This document shows positions 12,271 to 23,330 of a stretch of DNA of 64,000 nucleotides, piece after piece. Numbering within the stretch: the stretch's first letter is position 1; each line of letters starts with the position of its first letter. Under the pieces are notes generated by a model. It saw only the letters and a list, made by a program, of their open reading frames with translations. It made no database searches and was not told the origin of the DNA. This stretch comes from Mytilus edulis (lineage: Eukaryota), in contig NC_092347.1 in NCBI RefSeq assembly GCF_963676685.1, positions 26,288,001-26,352,000 of the forward strand. Direction: 5' to 3'. Both the position numbers and the translations under genes were made by a program.

Positions 12271-15200
12271 ATGTCTGAGGAGTTGACCGAACAGGATATA
12301 CAGAACATCGTTAGAGCTTTTAAGGATATGAAAGTCAAACCGAATGCCGATACAACTGATGCATTTAAGAATTGGATGAAGGAATTTTCCACGTCAAAGA
12401 TGGACGATGTATTATATATGCCATACATACCGAAGTTACCTATCTTTTCCGGAGATGACAAAGGAGATGATGTTTCATACGATCTTTGGAGATATCAAGT
12501 AGCATGTCTTATCAAGGAGAATTACCGACATGAGATCATAGCTCAAGCCATAAGACGTTCTGTTCATGGAGAAGCAAGTCGAATCGTTATGCGATTAGGA
12601 GTTGAAGCAACCGTTGATGATGTCATAGACAGAATGGATTGCATCTTTGGATCTGTAGACGTCAAAGAAGTCCTTCTTGCACAGTTTTACACAGCATGTC
12701 AAGGAGCCGACGAAGATGTATCATCATGGGGTTGTAGACTAGAGGAAATTCTTAATAAAGCACTACAGCGAGGTAAGATTTACGAACAAGATACGGATGA
12801 TATGCTTAGATCAAAATTTTGGAAAGGATTACGACCAGAACTACGAAAGGTTTCCATACACAAGTTTGACCGTATTAAAGAATTCAACCAACTATTGATA
12901 GCCATGAGAGAAATAGAAGAGCAACACCGTCAAGATTGCGTGATTAAGGAAAAGAGCAGTACATCTTTACCAGACAAAGAGAACATAACATCAGATGAAA
13001 CAACAGAACTGAAGGCTATGGTTCAGAAACTAACTGCACAGTTACAGGAAAAAGAAACTCGAACAGCAACTCACACCAAGAATCCGAGCTCAACTACAAC
13101 ATTTATTCCGGACGAAACTATAATTCATCGACCGAATGACAGAAACATACGGAGAAAAAGCGATAAAGGAGATAGTATATGTTGGAGATGCGGACAACAA
13201 GGTCATATAGCAGTAGGATGCAGAGTAAGATTGGACAATTCAAGGAAAGTACAACATGCTTTGAATTTTCAACAAGTAACCTTCGAGGAACAACACATTA
13301 GTTCAAGCTTGACTACAAAGGAACAACGGATAGCAGGTACGGCAAATGAGGTTACAGTTTTCTTGAATGGAATGAAAACACAAGGATTGTTAGACACTGG
13401 ATCGACTGTATCTACGATGAGCGAGGAATTTTACAACAAACACTGCTCAGCAATGCCATTAGAACAACTATCAGGACTATTAAAGATTGAATGTGCAGAC
13501 GGCTTACAACTACCGTATTTAGGATATGTAGAGGCAGAACTTCAACTGGAAGGAATTACAACACCTTACATGAAAACATATCCAGGATTATTTCTCGTAG
13601 TTCCAGACAGCGATTATAATTCTACTACACCCTTGCTTATAGGAACTAACATCTTAAGTTCAGTTATGGAGGATATCAGTAAAGCAATTGGGCCAAGGTA
13701 CTTACAGGATACAAATCTTTATACGCCATGGTACCTCGCATTCAGATGCCTTACATTAAGAAACCAGGAATTGGAAAAACAGCACAATAGATTAGCTATA
13801 GTCAAATCAGCAGAGATGAAACCAATAACAATACAGCCGAATACAGAAGTAGTCATTAAAGGATATATGGACAAGCAATTACAATACCCAACAGGTTGTG
13901 CCTTACTTCATGCTACAAGAAAATTAACACTTTCAACTGATCTTGACATTGTACCAGCTATAGTCAACTACAACAGTCAACGTAAAGAGCCAATACTAGT
14001 ACGGATATCAAACATAACCACGAGAACAGTTACCGTAGCACCAAGATCAATTATTTGCGAGTTACAACCAGTCAGCATTGAAGAGTTACCACCAACCGAA
14101 AAATCAGACATACCTGATATTTTAGATATAGTGAAACTACCAACTGAAATACTAGAGGATGATGAATTGGATAGAGGAAAAGATTTGTTAAATAGATTTA
14201 AGGATATATTTTCAACAGGAGATACTGACATTGGCCACACATCAGCAGTCAAACACCGAATTAACTTAGTAGATAACAGACCTTTTAAACAACGTCATCG
14301 CCGAATTCTGCCGTTAATGATTGATGAAGTTAGGAACCATCTACGTCAACTGTTATCAGCGGGAATTATAAGACTATCTCATTCACCGTGGTCTTCGAAC
14401 GTGGTGCTTGTAAGAAAGAAGGATGGAAGCTTAAGAATGTGCGTCGATTATCGTCAGCTGAATGATATTACCATCAAAGATTCATACGCTTTACCACGCA
14501 TAGAGGAGATCCTTGATTCTTTAGGAGGGAACACGTTTTATACTGTCTTAGACATGAAGAGTGGTTACCATCAGGTGGAAGTATTAGAGGAGCACAAAGA
14601 GAGAACAGCCTTTACCGTTGGACCACTAGGATTTTTTGAATATAACAGGTTACCATTCGGATTGGCCAATTCCCCTGCAACATACCAACGATTAATGGAA
14701 GAATGTTTGGGAGATCTTCACACCAAGATTTGTTTCATCTACCTGGATGATTTAATTATCTTTTCCAAGACCGTAGACGAGCATTTCGATAGACTAGAGA
14801 GAATATTTCAGAGATTAAGAGAAGTTGGACTGAAGCTGTCGCCAAAGAAATGTTCATTATTCCAACAGAGAGTAAAGTATATAGGCCATATTGTGTCAGC
14901 TAAAGGCATTGCACCAGATCCAGAGAAGATTGACAAGGTTATGAACTGGCCAAGACCTACAAATCCAGAGGAAGTAAGACAGTTCTTAGGTTTTGTGGGA
15001 TATTATAGGAAATTTGTCAGAGATTTTTCTAAGAAAGCCAGACCATTGACAGATTTGATGCCATCAACATCTAACAAGAAAGGAAAAGGAAAGAAAGGAC
15101 AAAAGAAAACATCAGTAGAAGTGAAACCATGGCACTGGGATAAAGAACAAGAAGACGCATTTCAGGAACTGAGACACCATTTATCTAACCCACCAGTATT

Positions 15201-16104
15201 AGGATTCCCAGACTATCAGAATCCATTTGAACTACATACGGATGCCTGCTTAACTGGATTAGGAGCAGTTTTATACCAACTACAAGAAGGTAAAAAGCGT
15301 GTCATTGCGTACGCCAGCCGTGGTCTTTCGAAGTCCGAGAGGAATTACCCTGTACACAAGTTGGAATTTTTAGCGTTACGATGGGCCATCTGTGACAAAT
15401 TCAACGATTATCTGTATGGAGCCAAATTTACTGTACTTACAGACAACAATCCGCTGACCTATGTTTTGTCTTCAGCCAAGTTAGATGCAACAGGGCATAG
15501 GTGGATAGCAGCTTTATCAGCTTTTGATTTCGATATCAAGTACCGACCTGGAAAGCAGAACACAGATGCAGATGCCTTATCAAGACTACCTGATTTGCTT
15601 CAACGCCAGGAATGCACACCAGACGAAAGTTATAGCCATATCAGCGAGATCAGCAAGATACCTATTACATCAGTTAAGGCTATATGCAGTTTACTTCAAC
15701 GACAACCATACATTGAATCTTTGGCAAAATCTACTAATGTAATGGAAGATATAGACATCATAGGAACAGATGAAAAAGTAGATATCAGGAGAGAACAACT
15801 GAGAGACCCTGTTATACGATACTGGATAGACAACGTTATGAAGAAGAATTCACCACGAAAGGAAGATATTCCAGCAGTACCGTTTCATCGTTTACTCCAT
15901 TCAAACTTCAACAGACTTATATTGAAAGATGGAATATTATTTAGAAGAACAACAGTAGATGGAGAATCGAAAGATCAGTTAATTCTACCAGCATCTCAGA
16001 TTAAGACCGTATTGAATTACCTGCATAACAACATGGGTCACCAAGGTCGAGACCGCACAACATCGCTTGTTAAAGACAGATACTTTTTGGAGTGGAATGC
16101 ATAA
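12271..16104 (+). CDS. Gypsy Gag-Pol polyprotein: PNMA-like capsid, CCHC knuckle, aspartic protease, RT, RNase H, start of integrase Zn domain
   Basis: YDLWRYQV...IRRSVHGEA capsid; CWRCGQQGHIAVGC knuckle; LLDTGS protease; RLPFGLANSPATYQ and YLDDLII RT; LHTDACLTGLGAVL and DADALSR RNase H; HNNMGH. Gag and Pol are in one frame. Confidence 0.96.
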   Translation: MSEELTEQDIQNIVRAFKDMKVKPNADTTDAFKNWMKEFSTSKMDDVLYMPYIPKLPIFSGDDKGDDVSYDLWRYQVACLIKENYRHEIIAQAIRRSVHGEASRIVMRLGVEATVDDVIDRMDCIFGSVDVKEVLLAQFYTACQGADEDVSSWGCRLEEILNKALQRGKIYEQDTDDMLRSKFWKGLRPELRKVSIHKFDRIKEFNQLLIAMREIEEQHRQDCVIKEKSSTSLPDKENITSDETTELKAMVQKLTAQLQEKETRTATHTKNPSSTTTFIPDETIIHRPNDRNIRRKSDKGDSICWRCGQQGHIAVGCRVRLDNSRKVQHALNFQQVTFEEQHISSSLTTKEQRIAGTANEVTVFLNGMKTQGLLDTGSTVSTMSEEFYNKHCSAMPLEQLSGLLKIECADGLQLPYLGYVEAELQLEGITTPYMKTYPGLFLVVPDSDYNSTTPLLIGTNILSSVMEDISKAIGPRYLQDTNLYTPWYLAFRCLTLRNQELEKQHNRLAIVKSAEMKPITIQPNTEVVIKGYMDKQLQYPTGCALLHATRKLTLSTDLDIVPAIVNYNSQRKEPILVRISNITTRTVTVAPRSIICELQPVSIEELPPTEKSDIPDILDIVKLPTEILEDDELDRGKDLLNRFKDIFSTGDTDIGHTSAVKHRINLVDNRPFKQRHRRILPLMIDEVRNHLRQLLSAGIIRLSHSPWSSNVVLVRKKDGSLRMCVDYRQLNDITIKDSYALPRIEEILDSLGGNTFYTVLDMKSGYHQVEVLEEHKERTAFTVGPLGFFEYNRLPFGLANSPATYQRLMEECLGDLHTKICFIYLDDLIIFSKTVDEHFDRLERIFQRLREVGLKLSPKKCSLFQQRVKYIGHIVSAKGIAPDPEKIDKVMNWPRPTNPEEVRQFLGFVGYYRKFVRDFSKKARPLTDLMPSTSNKKGKGKKGQKKTSVEVKPWHWDKEQEDAFQELRHHLSNPPVLGFPDYQNPFELHTDACLTGLGAVLYQLQEGKKRVIAYASRGLSKSERNYPVHKLEFLALRWAICDKFNDYLYGAKFTVLTDNNPLTYVLSSAKLDATGHRWIAALSAFDFDIKYRPGKQNTDADALSRLPDLLQRQECTPDESYSHISEISKIPITSVKAICSLLQRQPYIESLAKSTNVMEDIDIIGTDEKVDIRREQLRDPVIRYWIDNVMKKNSPRKEDIPAVPFHRLLHSNFNRLILKDGILFRRTTVDGESKDQLILPASQIKTVLNYLHNNMGHQGRDRTTSLVKDRYFLEWNA

Positions 16105-17728
16105 AGACATAGAGGAATGGATTCAACGTTGTCCAAGATGTTTGAAGAGGAAAAGATTACCGAATGATAAAGCACCACTCAAGAGTATAAAAACATCACA
16201 ACCACAAGAAATCGTTTGCATGGATTTTTTAACACTAGAAACATCAAAAGGAGGATACCACCATATACTTGTAATCACGGATCATTTCACGCGGTATGCA
16301 CAAGCCATTCCGACAAAGAACATGTCAGCTAAAACAACGGCGGAAGCCTTTTTCAACAACTATGTGATCCATTATGGTCTTCCTCAAAGAATACACTCAG
16401 ACCAAGGAGGAAACTTTGAAAGTCGACTTCTTAAGGAATTATGTGAACTTACAGGAATTAAGAAATCGAGAACGACGCCTTACCATCCGATGGGAAACGG
16501 CCAGTGTGAAAGGTTCAACAGAACACTTCTGAACATGTTAGGCACACTGCAAAATGATCAAAAGAGCAACTGGAAACAATACCAATGTCCAATTGTCCAT
16601 GCATATAACTGCACTAAACAGGAGACTACTGGATATTCACCGTTTTCTTTAATGTTTGGACGAGAACCTCGTCTTCCAATAGATACTGTATTTGGAATTG
16701 AGAACATCACTACTCAGAAGAACACGACGAAGTATGTTGAACAACTGAAAGATAGACTACGAAAATCTTACGAGCTTGCATTACGATCTGCAGAGAAAGC
16801 ACAATCTAGACAAAAGAAAGGATACGATGAAAAGATCAGAGGAGCCGTATTGAATACAGGAGATAGAGTACTCGTTAAGATTTTAGCATTCGAAGGAAAA
16901 CATAAGCTTTCTGATAGATGGGAAAACGATCCTTACATCATATTGGAACAACCAAACTCGGAGATACCAGTTTTCGTAGTGAGAAAAGAGAATGGTGAAG
17001 GGAGAAAGAGAACTTTACATCGCAACTTGTTGCTACCAATTGGTTCCGTCTCCATGGATGAACAAGAACCGGAAGATACACCACAACCAAAACCCAGATT
17101 AAGACCCAGGAAAGAGACTAAACCAGTACCAAAACCAAGAACGACAAGAAGAGAACCTTTGACAAAGGATCCACAGCCTCCAGTCAGTATTTCATCAGAT
17201 ACTGACAGTGAAAGCGAGGATGAGTCTTTCATGATTTTGATTACACAGCCTACTGACGACACAGATATCAGCACAAACAGTGATGATGATGATAAGTCTG
17301 AAGAACCAGTAGCTGAAGTCTATGAACCGCCGACTGACGGAGATCAGCAGGGTGTCATAGAACAAGAGGAAACTGAAGATACAGAGGACGCTCTTTCTTC
17401 TAATGGGACAGAAGATTCAGTTTCAGAGCAATTAGAGGAAGCAGCTACCAATGCAGAAGTAGAACTTGAGGAAGCTGTTTCTTCGGATGAACCTGGGCAA
17501 GAAGATGAACAAGATGAAATACAAGACATTCCACGAAGATCTGTCCGCACAAAAACATCAACAGCAACAACTAAATATAAGGACTTTGTGTGTAAACAGA
17601 TTCAGCCTAATACAGATTGGTTAATGAGGGCACAGTTTTTGAAGGATGCTGTATCCAGTGGAGTATTCAGAGGATCTGAAGATAGAGTAAAAGATGCCTT
17701 ACTGAAGATTGTCACTGATACAGGTTAG
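16067..17728 (+). CDS. Gypsy integrase (continuation of Pol after a 1-nt frameshift) with long acidic C-terminal tail
   Basis: CPRC completes HHCC; D-D-E residues in VCMDF, IHSDQG, GQCERFNRTL; GPY/F-like RWENDPY. TAC TTTTT GG at 16081-16090 has one T too many for R-Y-F-W-S-G. Confidence 0.93.
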   Translation: MLKTDTFWSGMHKDIEEWIQRCPRCLKRKRLPNDKAPLKSIKTSQPQEIVCMDFLTLETSKGGYHHILVITDHFTRYAQAIPTKNMSAKTTAEAFFNNYVIHYGLPQRIHSDQGGNFESRLLKELCELTGIKKSRTTPYHPMGNGQCERFNRTLLNMLGTLQNDQKSNWKQYQCPIVHAYNCTKQETTGYSPFSLMFGREPRLPIDTVFGIENITTQKNTTKYVEQLKDRLRKSYELALRSAEKAQSRQKKGYDEKIRGAVLNTGDRVLVKILAFEGKHKLSDRWENDPYIILEQPNSEIPVFVVRKENGEGRKRTLHRNLLLPIGSVSMDEQEPEDTPQPKPRLRPRKETKPVPKPRTTRREPLTKDPQPPVSISSDTDSESEDESFMILITQPTDDTDISTNSDDDDKSEEPVAEVYEPPTDGDQQGVIEQEETEDTEDALSSNGTEDSVSEQLEEAATNAEVELEEAVSSDEPGQEDEQDEIQDIPRRSVRTKTSTATTKYKDFVCKQIQPNTDWLMRAQFLKDAVSSGVFRGSEDRVKDALLKIVTDTG

Positions 17729-17883
17729 TATTCCCTTTTATATGTTCATGTTTTTATATTTATTTATTTATCTATTTTTTTATTTAGTCGACGAGGACGT
17801 CTCTTTCTCTCAAGACCAGGGGGAGAGATTATATAGTTTATATTTTAGGTTGACGAGGACGTCATTTGCAACCAGGGGGAGGA

Positions 17884-19364
17884 TGTGGTAGAGTGGATTT
17901 TCTGCCATTCACCCTGGATGCATTGATTATATTATATGTACTAATTCTAAATATCTCTTGCAGATGATTTATTGAAGTAGGTGATTCGTTTGCAATCTAC
18001 TTGTGATTAGGTCTTATTTTATTGGTCATTGGTGGTCTTGTGATATATTATATAGAGGGAATTCAAATTAAATGGCTGGTCAATTTTGGTCTTTGTTTAC
18101 AAAAGTTTAAATAGTTTAATTATTTAGTATCCAGACTTTGTAGTTACTTTTCATAGAAGGATTGAATCATTCAGTGATATTGGATACATTTATATTCAGT
18201 CAGGAACCACAAATATAGCATAATTTGGTAAGTTACATTTATTTACATTGAGAGCCTTTGTTCTGACAGGTGGATGAAGTATGAATCCTGATTATGATAT
18301 TTCATTAACATGCAAGGTAAAAGTAAGTTTCCCCAATGTCCAAGTGAGTGTGAGATTTTAGTTTGAGAGATGATTATGTGATTTGCTTGTTTTGAGAGCT
18401 TTTGTGTATTCGCTGTACGGGTGAGTTTGATTTGTTTTAACAGTGACCTTGACCTATGTTATGGTATGGTATTGTCAATAATGACGTAGACATTTAAATG
18501 TAAACAAGTCAGATGATATTATGTTTGTTTATAATTGAAAGTACCTTTTTGTAAAGATTTATTTGTTTAATAGAATCTTGTACTTATAATTATATTATTG
18601 ATTTCAGATAATGATATTATGTATTGACCATAGATCCATGATATATTGATCTGTATAAGGACACTAGGATAGAAGTTAAATAGTGTAGCTGTTGATGTTT
18701 AATATTGTACAAACTCAGTTCCACAAATTGGTGAGTTTACTTAACTGTGTAAATCGATAGCATTTGTATTTTATTGTTTACCTGTATAATTTGACTATGA
18801 CAGATATTTCATTGTCACTTTGGAAATATTACACTGGGATTATCTTCCCTGATTATGAACATTCAAGCTAGATTCACATGAAGTTAAATATGTACATGTG
18901 TATTGATGATAAATGATTATTCATTTATATTATATTATAAAGACATTATATACGAAGCTCAAATTATCTGTAATGATAATTTGCATGAAGTTGTTGTTTA
19001 TTGTTTGTAAATTTACATTTTGATATTTTCAAACCGTATACCGTTTGTATAGAATATATGATGTTTGTATGTATTCAGTCGGATCGTTTTGAGTAACGGT
19101 TAAAAGTTCAAAGGTTAAATATAGGATGTTTTAACTATATAAGAACATGTGAACTGAAATGATATTAAAAGTGTAATCGACTAGTATTTAAAGCTATTGA
19201 ATTGTATCGGTTATTATATTATTTTACCATTGTTTATTTGTTATTCCAGGGTTAGTGTATGTAATTGTAAGATGAATGCATGTGATGTACAATTGATGAA
19301 TAAAGAACCCTATGACTCAGATGACTTAGTTATATTTGATGAAGCAGAAAATTAGACTTTTACA
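17884..19364 (+). repeat. 3' LTR (1481 bp), TGT...ACA
   Basis: Starts TGT right after PPT AGGGGGAGGA. Imperfect inverted ends (TGT-N10-ATTTTCTGC versus GCAGAAAAT-N9-ACA). TATA-like run near 18044-18053 and AATAAA at 19299-19304. Confidence 0.85.
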
Positions 19365-19457
19365 GTAACAACAGTAGTATGAAAGGATGTGGAAACACCA
19401 GTAGTATGTAAGGTTGTAGTAACAACAGTAGTATGTAAGATTGTGTGTGGTAACAGT
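19365..19457. repeat. Right-hand remnant of the 27-bp minisatellite
   Basis: GTAACAACAGTAGTATG units resume immediately after the element. Confidence 0.9.
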
Positions 19458-19654
19458 GATATGAAGAAGAACCAATTTATAAGAATATAACTTACAAATA
19501 TTAATATTTTTACAAGTGTATATTATGTTTGGTTAATTTTTCATGGTATTTTTTCTTGAATCGACATTGTAAGGGGATGATATTCTCAAAGCATTGTCTA
19601 AAAGCTATCATTTCGAAATTTATATTACAATTCTATCATTTAGTTTAGTTTCTT

Positions 19655-19676
19655 CATAGACATATATATGTCTCTG
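19655..19676. mobile_element. 22-bp palindrome with 7-bp TSD (P-element-like footprint)
   Basis: GTTTCTT-CATAGACATATATATGTCTCTG-GTTTCTT. Confidence 0.7.
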
Positions 19677-19800
19677 GTTTCTTATAACAAAAAGGTATTT
19701 TTTCTTATCATTCCATTTCAAGTATCACAACCTGTAGCTTGAGAACGCAGTGATCTACATGTATCATTTTTATTATATTTTTGAACATATATCAATATAT

Positions 19801-22700
19801 TCTACTTCTACTTCTACCATTTTGCGGCCAACATCAACAAACTGATTATTTTGCCACTTTTTGGATGCGCATGTAAATAATTTAGATAAATATAAGTGAA
19901 CATTTTTGTGCTATACATTCTATATACAGTGAGGTTAAAATCATCCTTGACGGTGATCTAAATCGTCGCATGAAGGTGAGTCTTGAAGCTACCTGCACTG
20001 GTGGCGGTAAGTGGTAGTGCGTTCCAGTCACTTACTGTTCTTGGACAGAACGATTCTTTCTTCACTTCTGTTCTGCAAGTTGGTAATTGGAAACCGTTGA
20101 TGTTTAAGTTCCGGGAAATTCTGTCTGGTGGAATGAGCGTGTCTTCTGTATTTACATTTACCATCCCGTTCGAAAGTTTGTACATCATTGTGAGTCTTGC
20201 TGATTTTCTCCGGACTTCAAGGGATTTCCATTCTAATATGGTAATCATGTCACTAACAGATGAGGTGTTGTGATATCTGATAGTGACATATCTTGCTGCT
20301 CTTCGTTGTACCATTTCCAGCCGGTGTTTGTTGTTCTGCTGGAAAGGGTCCCATACTGTGCATGCATACTCCAAGGTATGACTAGGGATTTGTATGCAGT
20401 TTCCTTAATAGTGGTTTTACTGATATTAAAGTTTCGTTTCAGAAATCCAATTGTCTTGTTTGCTTTGTTACAGATGTTTCTGATGAGTTCGTTCCATTTC
20501 AAGTCTGAGCTAATGGTACAACCAAGATATTTGGCAGATTTAACAGGCTCCAGTGCAATTTGTACTCTCTAACTATAGGTTTGCGTTTTCTTGTGATTGT
20601 TAGAACATTGCATTTATCAGGATGAAAGGCCATTTTCCATTTTGTTTCCCAGATTGCAAGCTTGTTGATGACCTCTTGTAGGTTCACACTGTCTGCGTCT
20701 GATGCAATGGTCAGGTAAACTATGGTGTCATCTGCAAAGAGTCTAACCCTTGGGCGAATACCTTCTGGCATGTTATTTATGTAAAAGAGGAACAAACTGG
20801 GTCCAAGTACAGAGCCTTGTGGGACGCCTGATTCTACATTGATTGAGTCAGATTTTTCCCCTTCTACAACTACCACTTGTTTCCTGTCAGAAAGGAAAGT
20901 ATGTATCCATTTGTTGGTTTTACCTCTGATGCCATAGTGATCCAGTTTGTGTATTAGTAAACTGTGAACTACTTTATCAAACGCCTTTGAAAAATCCATA
21001 ATTAGGCAGTCTGTTTGGTTCTCTGCATCCATGGTTATGGTAATGTCATTTATGAAGTCTATCAGTTGTGTTTCGCAGGATAGTCCTCTCCTGAATCCAT
21101 GTTGTAATGGGTAAAATATATCATATTTGTCAGCATGGGTCATAATGTGGCTTGTTACAATGTGTTCCATGATTTTACAGCAAATGCAGGTAATAGAGAC
21201 TGGACGGTAGTTTATTGCATCAAACCGTTTTCCCTTCTTAAATATTGGACTTGCGTTTTCTCTTTTCCAAATATCTGGTAAATCACCTGTTTCATAGGAC
21301 CGTCTGAAGATACATGTAGTTGTTAATATTGGCGCAATATCTGATGAAAGTTCTTTTAGTACTCTTGATGTTATAGAGTCTGGTCCAGCAGCGTTATATG
21401 AGTTTAGATTTGATAATAATTTGTTGATGAGTCCGGTATTGTAGGATATTGTTGATCTGTCATGTTACAGCGTTCTTGAAATGCAGTGTTGGTGGAATTT
21501 ATTTTATCTGAAAAAGCTGATTTAAACTGCTTATTTATAAGATGTTTGCCTTTTCAACTGGGTCTGGATGGAGTAGCCCATTGCTTCGTAAAGGTGGTAT
21601 TTGATTTCCATCTGATCTTTTGTTTGATAAATGTCCAGAAGCGTTTCATACAGTTTGTTTTTGTCGTTACTTGGGTCTGGTTTTATGATGTCCTCTATGT
21701 ATTTCCAGTATGCCCGTCTGATTTCTCTCTGCACCAGTCTTTTTAGTTCCTTGTGTTTGCTGTTATGCTTTGGATCAGCTAATTTCTTTTTTCTCTTGCA
21801 GTGTTTGTCCCGTTTTCGAATTAGCCGTTTGATGTCTGCTGTTATCCAAGGGTTGTCGTCTTTTGATCTGGCTGTTTTCTGTGGTACGTTGGTATTTATG
21901 GTATTTTCTAGTTTGTTCTGAAAATAGTCCCACATATCTTGCGTGCAGCAACCTTGATGGTTCATCTTGGTTATTTCTTCATTTATTGATTTAAGATCTT
22001 CTTTGATGTTATCCCACTTTGCTTTTTTGTATAGTGAAATCTTTCGTGGTTTTTGCCGTTTGATTTGATGGAATAGTTTTTAATTCTGCAAAAAACTATT
22101 TTAACCCCGCCACATTATTTATGTATGTGCCTGTCCCAAGTCAAGAGCCTGTAATTCAGTGGTTATCGTTTGTTTATGTGTTACATATTTGTTTTTCGTT
22201 CATTTTTTTAACATAAATAAGGCCGTTAGTTTTCTCGTTTGAATTGTTTTACATTGTCTTATCGGGGCCTATTATAGCGGACTATGCGGTATGGGCTTTG
22301 CTCATTGTTGAAGGCCGTACAGTGACCTATAGTTGTTAATGTCTGTGTCATTTTGGTCTTTTGTTGATAGTTGTCTCATTGGCAATCATACCACATGATC
22401 ATCTTCTTTTTTATATATCATGGTGAGATATGCCAGGTATGGTTTCAACCCTGGTGAATGAGTCTGGGTAGTTTTTAATTATGAGATCTAGGGTGTTTGA
22501 TTCTCTTGTTGGTTCTTGTAGGCCGTGGTCGTCTAGGATGTCGGTGAACTTATGGTGTATATTGGTATGCTGAGTGTTTGGTTTCAGAGATTTGGTTTTC
22601 CAGTCCCAGCCTGGAAGATTGAATTCTCCAGCCATGATACTCATTGCATTCTTTATATTGTTTGCTCTAGATAGGCTCTTTTCAATACACTACGTTTTGG
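19801..22700 (-). mobile_element. 5'-truncated, frameshifted non-LTR retrotransposon (CR1/L2 group) ORF2 remnant
   Basis: APE endonuclease tail (GEFNLPGWDW, TLDLII, ISHHDI) 22411-22644; RT motifs DFSKAFDKV, GVPQGSVLGP, LFADDT 20499-21170; C-terminal SFCPRTVSDWNALP; (GTAGAA)n 3' tail at 19801-19818. Split into at least 5 ORF pieces; 5' boundary approximate. Confidence 0.92.
22100..22413 (+). repeat. Dispersed ~310-bp non-coding repeat inserted into the LINE endonuclease
   Basis: Interrupts the LINE in the HHDI/VFAE region; its 3' motif TTGTCTCATTGGCAATCATACCACAT recurs near 25391, 47800 and 54246. Confidence 0.75.
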
Positions 22701-23330
22701 CATATGAACACATTCTATATTTTTTATTGTAGACTCCCGTACCACCTTAAAAAACAAGTTCTGGTTTGTGCCGATTATAGTCATGGTTGACTGAGTGGGG
22801 TTTAAGTTTTCTTCTGTGACTGCATTTGTTTGCTTTTCTCTGGTAAATGTTGTATCCATTTAATAAACGATTTTTTTAAATGCAATGCTGTTATAAATTA
22901 TTTTAACAAATACAATATTACCAGTAGAGGAGTCAGGTGTGCCAAGTATACTATGGAAACATGTACCAAGCCCGGAGAAAAAGTCACAATTTATCACAAC
23001 TATCTGTACTATTGAAGTTTCAATCGTTTCACTCCCCAAGTCGTAAACAGCTCCCCCAAGCATAGGGATATTTTGGGCAGATTTTGAAAGATAATGTAGT
23101 TATTTAGACAAAATACTACTTTCAAATTATGATTAACATTACACAATTATCTTTTCTTGATTGGCCATGAGCTTGGGTGATTTTAAAAGCTTTTACTTCA
23201 TTCCCATTTAACTGTTTCATCATAACAAGTCAAATGGACAACATGTAACAACTAAAAAAATACTGTACAAATTAACCGGTGAAGTTGGAAAAGTTTAAAG
23301 GCCTGGCATCCACTGACATATAATATTTAA

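Larger units (their letters stand above)
10923..19364 (+). mobile_element. Ty3/Gypsy retrotransposon with a single (3') LTR and 12-bp terminal inverted repeats; 4-bp TSD GTAA
   Basis: TSD GTAA at 10919-10922 and 19365-19368; removing the element restores a minisatellite unit. Left end TGTAAAAGTCTA (10923-10934) is the reverse complement of right end TAGACTTTTACA (19353-19364). PBS at 10938, gag-pol 12271-17728, PPT 17874-17883, LTR 17884-19364. Confidence 0.93.

Noticed and set aside
16060-16110. Programmed ribosomal frameshift between the two Gypsy ORFs
   Set aside because: The break falls inside the integrase HHCC domain, not at the gag/pol boundary; one extra T in a homopolymer explains it.
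13977-17550. Antisense ORFs over the Gypsy pol
   Set aside because: Shadow frames of the coding strand; no independent evidence.
17729-19364. env or accessory ORF downstream of pol
   Set aside because: No ORF of meaningful length; the region follows the PPT and has LTR-type ends.
10923-19364. DIRS-type element to explain the inverted termini
   Set aside because: It encodes a DDE integrase and a protease, has a TSD, PBS and PPT, and has no tyrosine recombinase.
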